A stretch of 63,996 nt of DNA, the filler included, from an uncultured Methanosarcinales archaeon (GTDB lineage Archaea; Nanobdellota; Nanobdellia; Woesearchaeales; CAYXTQ01): the NCBI GenBank assembly GCA_964608065.1. It is 6 parts of 6 records of this genome, joined end to end, with 100 filler letters (N's around TTAATTAATTAA, not from the genome) between each part and the next. Parts side by side here need not be neighbours in the genome. Positions count along the whole stretch, not along the records: positions 1 to 12,382 come from CAZSMA010000042.1; 5 more parts are not named here. One strand, written 5' to 3'. Every line of letters starts with the position of its first letter. Position 1 is the stretch's first letter. The notes under the pieces were generated by a model. It did not search any database. It had not been told where the DNA came from and worked only from the letters and a program-made list of their open reading frames with translations. Position numbers and translations under genes: made by a program. This document shows positions 1-8,834 of this stretch, in pieces.

Positions 1-31
1 AAAATAAAAAATAAAAAAAAAAAATTATGGT

Positions 32-88
32 TTACAAACCTGCTTCCTTCTTTAGTACTTCAGCTTTATCTGTAATCTCCCAGATAAA
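32..88 (-). pseudogene. Relic second copy of the metK 3' end
   Basis: Minus strand reads [18 protein letters not shown], versus [18 protein letters not shown] at the end of metK (2257); many third-position differences. Confidence 0.85.
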
Positions 89-179
89 GTAGAGATAAGC
101 AGAAATTTCTCTCGTCGATTGATTATGAATTTTGAGTGTTTATATAGTTTTTGGAGTGAAAGTCCGACAGGGCAGAGTT

Positions 180-713
180 TTACTTGTTCAAAACTATATC
201 TCTTGTTGCATCTATTAGTTTTCTGCAGTCTTCTATCATTCCTTTTATCTTGTCTTTATTTGTGACAGAAATTTCTGTACCATAAGTATACTCTTCCCTC
301 ATTTCTATGATTTTCTTATCTTCTTCAGAATCAATATCTGCGTATTTCAACATGTTTATGAATCTATCTTCGATATCTATTTTTCCTTCCTCCTTGAGAT
401 ATTCCATGAGAGCAATAGTGCAAGATTGATTTCTGCTCTCGTAGCCGAATTTTGTAGCTATAGCTAACATACAATGATACATACTGTAGAAAACCATGCT
501 AATACTTACATCTTCAAAGTTACCCTTTAGAAGATAGATTATTGCATTTAGGTTGTGCTCTGCTTTATTAAGATGCTTCATTGCTTTTTTTGTATTAGGA
601 CTTGATTTTAGTAAACCTCTATGTTGGATTCTTAATCCTTGTTTCTTACAATCTTCAACTTCTTTTTTAGCCTTATTTAAACACCACTTTATCATATTAG
701 AAGCCTGTGACAT
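180..713 (-). CDS. HEPN domain protein (toxin-like partner of the upstream nucleotidyltransferase)
   Basis: HLNKAEHNL...FYSMYH...GYESRNQ...MREEYTYG pattern; overlaps the end of the MNT gene. Confidence 0.8.
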   Translation of the reverse strand: MSQASNMIKWCLNKAKKEVEDCKKQGLRIQHRGLLKSSPNTKKAMKHLNKAEHNLNAIIYLLKGNFEDVSISMVFYSMYHCMLAIATKFGYESRNQSCTIALMEYLKEEGKIDIEDRFINMLKYADIDSEEDKKIIEMREEYTYGTEISVTNKDKIKGMIEDCRKLIDATRDIVLNK

Positions 714-1287
714 TTCTAATCACCTCAACATAATCTTGATGCCCATACAAAATAATGCCTGTCTTAATAATATCTACGAATTCTTCTCCTTTCTGTTGCA
801 AATTTTTTTGTAAATCCACTTTAGTAAGTTCTATTGAGTGAATGGGTCTAGGAAGTATCTGCTGCCTTTTGTCGATTACTTCTTTTACTTGTTTATACTC
901 TCCTTTCTTTATAACTACCATTATATCTATATCTTTAGCTTCCTTAGCATTCCTTATTATGGAACCAAAAAGTATTACAGTTCTGCCAGCCTTGAACAAC
1001 TCTTTAAATTCTTCTTTCCATCGTTTATAACTGCTGGCTTCATCAGCCAAAAGAAATGCAATAGTGCTTCTGGTATAATCATCTTCTAGGTTAGGTTTGT
1101 AAATAATTGATTTACCTATAGTTTTCGCAACTAATAAATTTTCTTCCTTTAACCTTTTAAGCATCTTTTGTGTTCCAACATGACTTATTTTTAATAGTTT
1201 ACTAAGAGAATTAGCATTATATAAAGTAGTATAATCTTTAAATATAATCAACAATGCTTCTCGTTCTTTTTGAGTCAAAGATACCAT
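697..1287 (-). CDS. wHTH-fused minimal nucleotidyltransferase (MNT antitoxin-like)
   Basis: N-terminal HTH; ILFGS...DIDIMV nucleotidyltransferase motif. Confidence 0.85.
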   Translation of the reverse strand: MVSLTQKEREALLIIFKDYTTLYNANSLSKLLKISHVGTQKMLKRLKEENLLVAKTIGKSIIYKPNLEDDYTRSTIAFLLADEASSYKRWKEEFKELFKAGRTVILFGSIIRNAKEAKDIDIMVVIKKGEYKQVKEVIDKRQQILPRPIHSIELTKVDLQKNLQQKGEEFVDIIKTGIILYGHQDYVEVIRNVTGF

Positions 1288-1327
1288 AGTAACCTCGAGT
1301 TACTATATAGTAACTTAGAGTTACTAT
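1286..1327. promoter_or_regulatory. Two tandem 21-bp palindromes; probable autoregulatory operator of the MNT-HEPN operon
   Basis: ATAGTAACCTCGAGTTACTAT followed by ATAGTAACTTAGAGTTACTAT, between the TATA box (1325-1332, minus strand) and the start codon. Confidence 0.75.
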
Positions 1328-1386
1328 ATAAATGTTTCGTTTATTTTCTTAAAGAAGCTTCAAATTCATCAATATCTTTTCTCTCT

Positions 1387-1881
1387 CTATTTCTTCGGTA
1401 GATGTTTTAAAATTTCATTTGTTACTTCCATCATATTTTTACCAGAGGTATCAATCTCAATCCCTACTTTTAATCTAGATACCAATTTATAAACGTCTTC
1501 TATTGCTTTTTTTGTCATTGGTTTCTTTCTTGTTTTATTTCGTACAAGACAATCTTTAAGCAATGCTTTAAGCGAGAAAATATAATGTTTAAATGGAAGA
1601 TTTCTCTCAAGATGTTGGAGTTGTCCTTTCCTATAAAAACAACCATCAAATATAACAATTTTATTACTTTTCAATTTTTCTATAGCTTTAGAAATAATTA
1701 ACTTATTAGCTTTTACAAAGTTTTCTGTAGGGATGCCATCCCGAACAATAATATCCAGTTTATTCTTTCTCATTATTTCATCAAAAGAAAAATGGTAACT
1801 ATTAAGAACTTCTGCTAATTTTCTTGCAATTGTTGATTTTCCAATACCTGCTGGACCCCTAATTATAATGAAATAGCTCAT
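1387..1881 (-). CDS. P-loop kinase (AAA_33/nucleotide kinase-like)
   Basis: IIIRGPAGIGKST Walker A, IVIFDG; start taken at MSYF. Confidence 0.8.
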   Translation of the reverse strand: MSYFIIIRGPAGIGKSTIARKLAEVLNSYHFSFDEIMRKNKLDIIVRDGIPTENFVKANKLIISKAIEKLKSNKIVIFDGCFYRKGQLQHLERNLPFKHYIFSLKALLKDCLVRNKTRKKPMTKKAIEDVYKLVSRLKVGIEIDTSGKNMMEVTNEILKHLPKK

Positions 1882-2024
1882 TAATAAGTTAAAAGATTTG
1901 TTAATTATATAAGTTTTCCTAAAAAATAAAAAAAAGTGTAGAATCAACTTATTAATAAGAAAAAGAAAAACAATTTTTCTTTTTAAATATTTTAGATGAA
2001 CAATGTGGTAACAATTTCACCAAA

Positions 2025-2096
2025 TGTCAAAAACTGTCCATCATAGATGGTGGCATGTTATTACATGCACAATGATATTGAATGGTTTTTGAGCAT
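2025..2096 (-). repeat. Partial copy of dispersed ~150-bp element (family A)
   Basis: TGTCAAAAAC..CCATCATAGATGG..GGTTTTTGAGCA, similar to the 24443-24595 copy. Confidence 0.6.
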
Positions 2097-2256
2097 GTTC
2101 GGAAATATACCTCCTTACAATAAGGTATGGTGGATTTCATCCACTGGTTAGAAACCAGTAGTATATTTCCGACATATCCAAGAGAAATATCGTCTACAAA
2201 CGCTACTTAACAAAAAAAAAAAAAATAAAAAAAACGGATTTACGCCGACAATGGAC

Positions 2257-3452
2257 TTAAAGTCCAGCTTCCTTTTTCAGCACTTCTGCCTTGTCAACTT
2301 TTTCCCATGTGAAGTCAGGGTCATCTCTTCCAAAATGTCCATAGGATGCTGTTTTTCTGTAAATAGGTCTTCTAAGTTTTAAGTGATCAATAATCTGCTT
2401 TGGCTTTAATGGAAAGTTTTTTCTTACAAGCTCAGAGATTTTTTCTTCTGGAATCTTGTTTGTTCCAAAACAATCCACATTTATTGAAGTTGGCTCTGCA
2501 ACTCCAATGCAATAAGACAATTGTACTTCGCATTTTTCTGCTAATTCTGCTGCTACAATATTCTTTGCTACATACCTTGCTGCATATGCACCAGAACGAT
2601 CTACTTTGCTTGGATCTTTTCCAGAAAATGCCCCACCACCATGTCTTCCAACACCACCATAGGTATCAACAATTATTTTTCTTCCTGTAACTCCTGTGTC
2701 TCCTTCAGGCCCTCCAATAACAAAAGCACCTGTTGCATTAATATGAATCTTTGTGTCTTCATCAATCCATTCTTTGCAAACTGGCTTGATTACATGTTCT
2801 AATATTTTTTCTCGCAGCTCTTCCTCTGATATATCTTTTTTATGCTGCTGAGCAATAACCACTGCTGTAACTTTTTTAGGTTTGTCATCTTCATACTGAA
2901 CACTAACTTGGCTTTTTCCATCAGGACCAAGATGAGGGATTATCCCTTCTTTTCTGACATATGCTAATCTTTGGGTAAGTTTATGAGCTAAGGTTATTGG
3001 TAATGGCATCAATTCCTTTGTTTCATTACATGCATAGCCATACATCATTCCTTGATCTCCTGCTCCTTGCTCTTTATCTTCTCCTTTTCCTTCTGTAACT
3101 CCTTGACTTATATCAGGAGATTGCTCATGGATTGCAACCCATACACCGCAATCTTCACAATCAATACCGAATCTTGGATTTGTATATCCAATATCCCTAA
3201 GAGTTTCTCTTACAACTTTCTGAACATCAACATAACCATTTGTTGTCACTTCTCCTGCTACATGAACGCTTCCTGTTGTAGTTAAACACTCAACAGCAAC
3301 CCTTGAATAAGGATCCTGCTTGAATAATTCATCCAATATAGCGTCGCTTATTTGGTCACACACTCAAGATACCCAATAGAAAAAAACTATTGAGTTTTAT
3401 CTGGATGACCTTCTGTAACGCTTTCAGATGTTACATATGTTATTTTTCCCAT
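2257..3452 (-). CDS. metK: S-adenosylmethionine synthetase, bacterial/eukaryotic type; two exons (3452-3397 and 3364-2257), 387 aa after joining
   Basis: Exon 1 [18 protein letters not shown](K) with upstream GGAGG; exon 2 VCDQISD...GAGDQG...[16 protein letters not shown]. Confidence 0.95.
3365..3396 (-). other. Predicted 32-nt bulge-helix-bulge (BHB) intron in metK mRNA
   Basis: Central helix AGAU/AUCU, 3-nt bulges AAA and UGA, 9-bp inner stem; canonical cut sites rejoin CCA GAT AA|A GTG TGT. Confidence 0.85.
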
Positions 3453-3519
3453 ATTATATCCCTCCATTATTAGATTTTAAATAAATTTCAACATCTTTGT
3501 TTAAAAACCTTTCTGAAAG

Positions 3520-3541
3520 AAATATTCCTATAGGAATATTT
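3520..3541. promoter_or_regulatory. Perfect 22-bp palindrome between divergent metK and HTH-CBS genes; probable operator
   Basis: AAATATTCCTATAGGAATATTT. Confidence 0.65.
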
Positions 3542-3593
3542 TTGTTATTTATTTTAGTAAAGAATAAATATAAGTTGTATTTTTGTTGTAATT

Positions 3594-4139
3594 ATGCCAT
3601 ATGAAATAACTGAGATAAAGCTGATAAGAAAGAAAGTTGGTTTAACACAGAATGAACTAGCCAAACAATCAGGAGTAAGCCAGAGCTTAATAGCTAAGAT
3701 TGAATCTGGAAGATTAGATCCAACTTATTCTAAAGCAAGAAAAATAATGGAAACATTGAATTCATTGACTAAAAAGCAGGAGTTGAAAGCAATAGATATA
3801 ATGAATAAGAAAATTATTTTTATAGAATCAAGTGAAGATATAAATGAAGTGATAAAAAAGTTAAAAAAATATGAAATTTCGCAGTTTCCTGTGTTAGAAA
3901 ACAATAAATGTATTGGCTTAGTCTCAGAGTCTATTTTATTAGATGCAATAATAAATAAAAAAGGAAAGAAAGTTAGGGATATAATGGAAGAAGCTCCTCC
4001 TACTATATCTAAGGATGCTGGTGTTGATATAATCTCTAATCTGTTGAAATTCTATCCTATCATATTAGTAGCTTCAAGCGGTAAATACAAAGGGATAATC
4101 ACTAAATCAGATATGTTACTGAAGATTTATAAGAAATAA
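3594..4139 (+). CDS. XRE-HTH plus CBS-pair transcriptional regulator
   Basis: GLTQNELAKQSGVSQSLIAKIESG HTH; ISQFPV...GIITKSD CBS pair. Confidence 0.9.
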   Translation: MPYEITEIKLIRKKVGLTQNELAKQSGVSQSLIAKIESGRLDPTYSKARKIMETLNSLTKKQELKAIDIMNKKIIFIESSEDINEVIKKLKKYEISQFPVLENNKCIGLVSESILLDAIINKKGKKVRDIMEEAPPTISKDAGVDIISNLLKFYPIILVASSGKYKGIITKSDMLLKIYKK

Positions 4140-4142
4140 AAA

Positions 4143-4760
4143 TTACTCTATCTTCAAAATCTTAGTCAAAGTCTTAATCTCATTACCATCAGAATCTTCA
4201 AAAACAAACTTCAGACTTTGATCTAATTCAAAGTTGTATAAGTTCAAACCTGAAATATCAAAGAAGGTTTTAGTTTTGTGGTCTCCTGCACCTATTGCAG
4301 GGAATTCTAAGGTTGTCCTAGGGTTTCCGTTGTACTCTTCACTTGTCTTAGAGTTTGAATGATAGATCTTGACTTTCATCTGTAAATTAGAATCCAGGCC
4401 ATTATAGATAATAAAGCTTAAGGAGCTAATAACTGCTTTTTTATAAACTGCGCTTTCTTTTATAGTGTAGCTTATAGGAACTGCAATAGTTATATCAACA
4501 TTTCCGCTAAGGTCTTTTTTGGCAGTTGTTTCTGTTTTAGTTTCAGGCTCTGTTTTTATAACTTCTTCAACTTTTGTTTTTTCTTTTTCCTCAACTTCAG
4601 ATAAACCAATTACATCTCCTGTGATATTGTCTGTTTCGCCTCCTGAACATTGAGAATATTTATAAGAATAATAAATTGTAGTTGACATAAAAATAAGGAT
4701 TATAACCATAAATACTATCCTTTCAAGCTTCCTTGGTGTTAACTCAATTTCTATTGCCAT
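4143..4760 (-). CDS. Hypothetical single-pass membrane protein
   Basis: N-terminal TM helix, charged linker, beta-rich C-terminus. Confidence 0.6.
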   Translation of the reverse strand: MAIEIELTPRKLERIVFMVIILIFMSTTIYYSYKYSQCSGGETDNITGDVIGLSEVEEKEKTKVEEVIKTEPETKTETTAKKDLSGNVDITIAVPISYTIKESAVYKKAVISSLSFIIYNGLDSNLQMKVKIYHSNSKTSEEYNGNPRTTLEFPAIGAGDHKTKTFFDISGLNLYNFELDQSLKFVFEDSDGNEIKTLTKILKIE

Positions 4761-4851
4761 AATCCAATAAATTGATAATCTCATATTTAAGCTTTTTGGT
4801 AGGGGCTATAAAACAAAAAATTTAAATAACTCACACTATTAAATTTAATTA

Positions 4852-6012
4852 ATGGCATTTATAAAATTCAAGCTTGAGAAAGATAAGGAAGAAAGAGCTA
4901 TTAAAACCTTAAAATTAGGTGGAAAAGGGAAAACCGGAGAAACACCTAAAATAAAAGCAAAAAGAAAAGTAAAGACAAGTACTGGTAAAAAAGGTTTTAT
5001 ACTTGATTGGGAATCTGAACTTGGTTATTCTGCTAATCCTTTTGAGACTAAAATATTGGCTCCAATAAGCAGTTATATTGCAGGATATTCAAAAGAGAAG
5101 AATGGCATCAATCTTTTTGTAATAAACAATGAAAAATTTGGTATAATCACAGGAGAGTATGGTGTTGGCAAGACAACCTTGTTGAAATGGTTGCATGAGC
5201 AGTTGCAGAAATATAAGGAAAGGGTTATGGTCTATTATTTCAATGGTAAGGTTCTTTTTCAGGAATTTATTTTAGTAAAAAGTCTGGTAAATCCTCTTTT
5301 AAGCTTATATGAGAAAAAAATTAAAAAATTGAATAAAGATGTTAATATAGAGAGGAATCTCTCTTTGTTAAAGAAAAAGATTGGCAATAAAAAATTAGTT
5401 CTTTTGATAGATGATGTAGAATCTGTACCTTCCAGTGTATTGTTATTGCTGAAGAAGATGTATAGTGTGATGCCTTTGGAAATAATCATGGTCTGCAACA
5501 GCCATGCAGCTCAGAAGTTAAGGGAAATAGACTGGTTAAAAGACAGATTAAAAATGAAATTAAAAGGATTAGCTGTTCCAGAAGCAACAGTTATGATAAG
5601 AAAAAGAATTACTGCTTTTGGAGGAGAAGATATTTTTCCTTTTGATGACAGCTATGTACATAAAATTTGCAAGCAAGCCTCTTATAATCCTAAACAGATA
5701 CTGGATTTATGCCAGCATTATGCTATTGAGTTAGCTGTGAAACAGGTTAAAAGAAAAATCCAAAATAAAGCTGAAGTAGTTAAGGAAGAAGTAAAAGAAG
5801 AGAAAAGTGTTAAAGAAGAAGTTAAAGACGAAGAACAAAATTCTGAAGTTCCTGTCCTAAAAGAGATTCCTAAGAGAAAAGAATATCATATAAAGGTTAT
5901 AAATCAGGGTTCAGAAGCTATTTCTATGGATGACTTGAAGAAAGATGAGAAAGGAAATTATAATAAAAAAATTTCTAAAAAAAAAAAAAAAAAAAAAAAA
6001 CTTTTAAAGTAA
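4852..6012 (+). CDS. ExeA-like AAA ATPase
   Basis: NPF motif, ITGEYGVGKTT Walker A, LLIDD Walker B; 3' end uncertain because of a poly-A run. Confidence 0.75.
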   Translation: MAFIKFKLEKDKEERAIKTLKLGGKGKTGETPKIKAKRKVKTSTGKKGFILDWESELGYSANPFETKILAPISSYIAGYSKEKNGINLFVINNEKFGIITGEYGVGKTTLLKWLHEQLQKYKERVMVYYFNGKVLFQEFILVKSLVNPLLSLYEKKIKKLNKDVNIERNLSLLKKKIGNKKLVLLIDDVESVPSSVLLLLKKMYSVMPLEIIMVCNSHAAQKLREIDWLKDRLKMKLKGLAVPEATVMIRKRITAFGGEDIFPFDDSYVHKICKQASYNPKQILDLCQHYAIELAVKQVKRKIQNKAEVVKEEVKEEKSVKEEVKDEEQNSEVPVLKEIPKRKEYHIKVINQGSEAISMDDLKKDEKGNYNKKISKKKKKKKKLLK

Positions 6013-6460
6013 CCTTTTTATTTTTTATTAAGTAACTTCTTCATTCTCTGTGAATGTAAAATCTTATTCAAAACTTTTAAAAATTGTTTACTGTGTTCTA
6101 ATGGTATGGTGATAGAATGTTCATGAACCCATTCGTTTTCAACTTTTTTTTTTTTTGTATTAATAGATATCTTCCAAACTCATTCTCTAAAATATCAAAC
6201 CATATTGTTCTGTTATTATAATCCAGTTTTTCAAAATCAAAATGTTGTATTCTATGGTTAGGATAATAAACTTTTGTAACACCAAATTTTTTCATATAAA
6301 TTTCATTCTCAAGAATTAATATTTGTAAATGTTTCTCAATAGCTTTTCTGGAGAACTTTGTTCCACGAACTATCTGCGTCATAGTTAAACCCTTAGGATT
6401 ATTTCTAAGAAATTCAATAATTTTGTTGTGTAGTATTTTTTCTTTTTTTGCTGGATACAT
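6004..6460 (-). CDS. wHTH DNA-binding protein with apparent homopolymer frameshift near 6150
   Basis: GLTMTQIVRGTKFSRKAIEKHL HTH; reading continues in another frame as VENEWVHEHSITIP...LL*. Confidence 0.65.
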
Positions 6461-6669
6461 TTTATACTTACTATTAAGAACCGAAACATTTATATATTTA
6501 TTGTTCTTTATATTGGTTACCAACCATAGTTACAATAAAATAGTCATGAAATATTTTTTTTAAAAAAAAAAAAAAAAAAAGTGGCCGAGAAAGGCCAAGT
6601 TAGCATCTCACCCGGATAATAGATGAAATACAATAGAAGTATATAAAATTTTTGATAAAGGTGATGGAA

Positions 6670-7686
6670 ATGAAAAAAGAAACAAAAGCAAATGCTATTA
6701 AGTCAAATTATAAAATTTTGATCAACAATATTGGCAAAATACTAGAAAAAGGACGAAAACAAGTGGTTATAGCTGTAAATAATATTCTCGTTAACACTTA
6801 TTGGGAAATAGGGAGACAGATTGTTGAATTTGAGCAGAAAGGGAAAGAAAAAGTGGAGTATGGTAGTAAACTATTTGAAAGAATAGCTAAGGACCTAAAA
6901 GACAGATATGGGAAGGGATTTAGCAGGAGTAATATTATCTACATGAGGTTATTATATCTGAAATATCCAAAAAGTCAGACACTGTCTGACCAATTGGGTT
7001 GGAGCCATTATATTGAGCTCGTTAGCATAGATGATGACCTAGAAAGATCCTTTTATGAGAAGCAGTGCATAAAGGAAAATTGGTCAGTTAGGGAATTAAG
7101 AAGACAAATCAACTCTGCTTTATTCTACAGAATAGCTTTAAGTAAGGATAAAAAAGGTGTCTTGGAGTTATCCAAAAAAGGTCAAATTATAGAAAAAGCA
7201 AAAGACTTGATAAAAGAGCCGTATATTCTAGAGTTTCTCAACATTCCCCAGCATTATAGCTATTCTGAAAAAGAATTAGAACAAAAGATAATAGATAACT
7301 TACAAATGTTTCTTCTGGAATTAGGAAAAGGATTTACTTTTGTAGCAAGACAATTTAGAATAAGCTTCGGTAATAAAAATTTTTATGTTGATTTAGTATT
7401 TTATCACATGATATTGAAATGTTTTGTACTTATTGATCTAAAAATAGGTGAAGTTAATCATCATGATATTGGCCAGATGAATCTTTACTTAAATTATTTC
7501 AAAGCAGAAGAAAATTCAGATGAAGATAATAAACCTATTGGTTTGATATTATCTGCAAAGAAAAATAACATCCAAGTAAAATATGCTCTTGGTGGAATAT
7601 CTAACAAATTGTTTGTTTCCAAATATAAATTATATCTTCCTGATAAAAAACAACTAGAAGAAAAGATAAGGAGGTTACTTGAATAA
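6670..7686 (+). CDS. DUF1016/YhcG-family PD-(D/E)XK nuclease-domain protein
   Basis: YWEIGRQI, YGKGFS, WSHY, FLLELGKGF, VDLVFYH, IDLK, GQMNLY. Confidence 0.92.
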   Translation: MKKETKANAIKSNYKILINNIGKILEKGRKQVVIAVNNILVNTYWEIGRQIVEFEQKGKEKVEYGSKLFERIAKDLKDRYGKGFSRSNIIYMRLLYLKYPKSQTLSDQLGWSHYIELVSIDDDLERSFYEKQCIKENWSVRELRRQINSALFYRIALSKDKKGVLELSKKGQIIEKAKDLIKEPYILEFLNIPQHYSYSEKELEQKIIDNLQMFLLELGKGFTFVARQFRISFGNKNFYVDLVFYHMILKCFVLIDLKIGEVNHHDIGQMNLYLNYFKAEENSDEDNKPIGLILSAKKNNIQVKYALGGISNKLFVSKYKLYLPDKKQLEEKIRRLLE

Positions 7687-7703
7687 GTATATTTTATGTT
7701 AGA

Positions 7704-7916
7704 ATGCAAATAACCTTTCAAAACATAGGATGGAAAAGCAAGGTCACACAGAAAAGATCTACTTTAAGTATTTCTATCAACAAGTTAGTTGCAGTTGGAT
7801 GTTCTTTAGAGAAAGGTCAGACATTATATTCTTATTTAGCAGAAGACGAGCAGAAACGACCCATAATGATTACCTACTTAGACAGCAAAAAGAAAGGACA
7901 TATAGTGATTTTGTAG
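7704..7916 (+). CDS. Small hypothetical protein, AbrB-like
   Basis: SKVTQKRSTLSISINK...LEKGQ pattern. Confidence 0.5.
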   Translation: MQITFQNIGWKSKVTQKRSTLSISINKLVAVGCSLEKGQTLYSYLAEDEQKRPIMITYLDSKKKGHIVIL

Positions 7917-8009
7917 GTTGAGGGAATGTTTTTACACCCACAAAAACATATGTTATAGTTATTTAAGTAAGTTGTTTTACCAAATAGCAGTTTAAAAGAG
8001 GGTGATAGT

Positions 8010-8468
8010 ATGAGATTAGGTGAAGCATTAAGTAAACTAAAGAAAGAGAAAAGTAGATTAGCACGATTGATTTTGTTGAGAAAAGAAAACATCTATGTAG
8101 AAGAAGGTAAAAAAACAAAATTTAATCCAAAGAAATTATCTGAAGAAATAGATAAGAGAATCGAAGATATTAGAAAGCTAAAGATTAAGATACAAAAAAC
8201 TAATTTAAATACGACAGTTAATGGAGATAATGTAATCTTAGCTGAAGCTATAGTTAAAGTTAATGATTTACGAAGCAATCTAGCTCATTTAAGTAGTTTG
8301 TTTGAGAAAAAAGAGCGTTATTTATTTAGAGATAAGGATGAAAAGGAAATGGTAACTCAACTTGATGAACTTGAAATAGAGGATAAAATAGAAAAATTAG
8401 AGATTGAAAAAGTTCAGCTTGATAATAAAATACAGATGACTAATTGGACAACTAAATTAGTTGATTAA
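8010..8468 (+). CDS. DIP1984-family coiled-coil protein
   Basis: MRLGEAL...IQKTNLNT...LAEAI...LDNKIQMTNWTT; GGTGA SD. Confidence 0.85.
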   Translation: MRLGEALSKLKKEKSRLARLILLRKENIYVEEGKKTKFNPKKLSEEIDKRIEDIRKLKIKIQKTNLNTTVNGDNVILAEAIVKVNDLRSNLAHLSSLFEKKERYLFRDKDEKEMVTQLDELEIEDKIEKLEIEKVQLDNKIQMTNWTTKLVD

Positions 8469-8492
8469 GCTTATCTATCCTTGATAGGTAAG

Positions 8493-8699
8493 ATTGCTGA
8501 CAGTTTTGTAGGTAAGCGCAGGCGTGTAGTGGTTTGTCTTATACAAATCTTATGATTTGGATGGGGTAAATGCTGCACACCACCAAGATGGATAATGATG
8601 GGATGTGATGCCTTAAAGATAAAAGATTAAAGATCATTGCTTAAGGATTAAAGCTTAAAGCTCATATGCCTGTGTTTTTCTTTCTTAGCTGTTGGCAAT
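8493..8699 (+). ncRNA. Putative structured ncRNA with an internal heptamer array, downstream of the DIP1984-like gene
   Basis: 13-bp and 14-bp nested long-range stems rich in G-U pairs; seven in-register 7-mers at 8614-8662. Confidence 0.6.
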
Positions 8700-8834
8700 T
8701 TATTATCTATTGGTTGAATTTCAAATGGTGGAATCAAAAATAAAAATGGACACACATCCATAGACCAGCTCTATTTGAGCACACTAATCAAGGGCAAGGC
8801 AGTCTTCGGTTAGTAGGTCTGGAGTGTGTCCAGA

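Noticed and set aside
2257..3363. metK starting at GTG 3363, or metK as a pseudogene
   Set aside because: That start drops the conserved [11 protein letters not shown] segment, which is present upstream with its own SD; the rest of the gene shows no decay
6140..6160. Programmed frameshift or phase variation in the wHTH gene (also at about 24615 and 51525)
   Set aside because: All lie in homopolymers, and long A/T runs look inflated throughout this assembly; sequencing error is more likely without read evidence
8614..8662. CRISPR array
   Set aside because: Units are 7 nt with no spacers; no CRISPR repeat-spacer structure or cas gene was seen anywhere in the window
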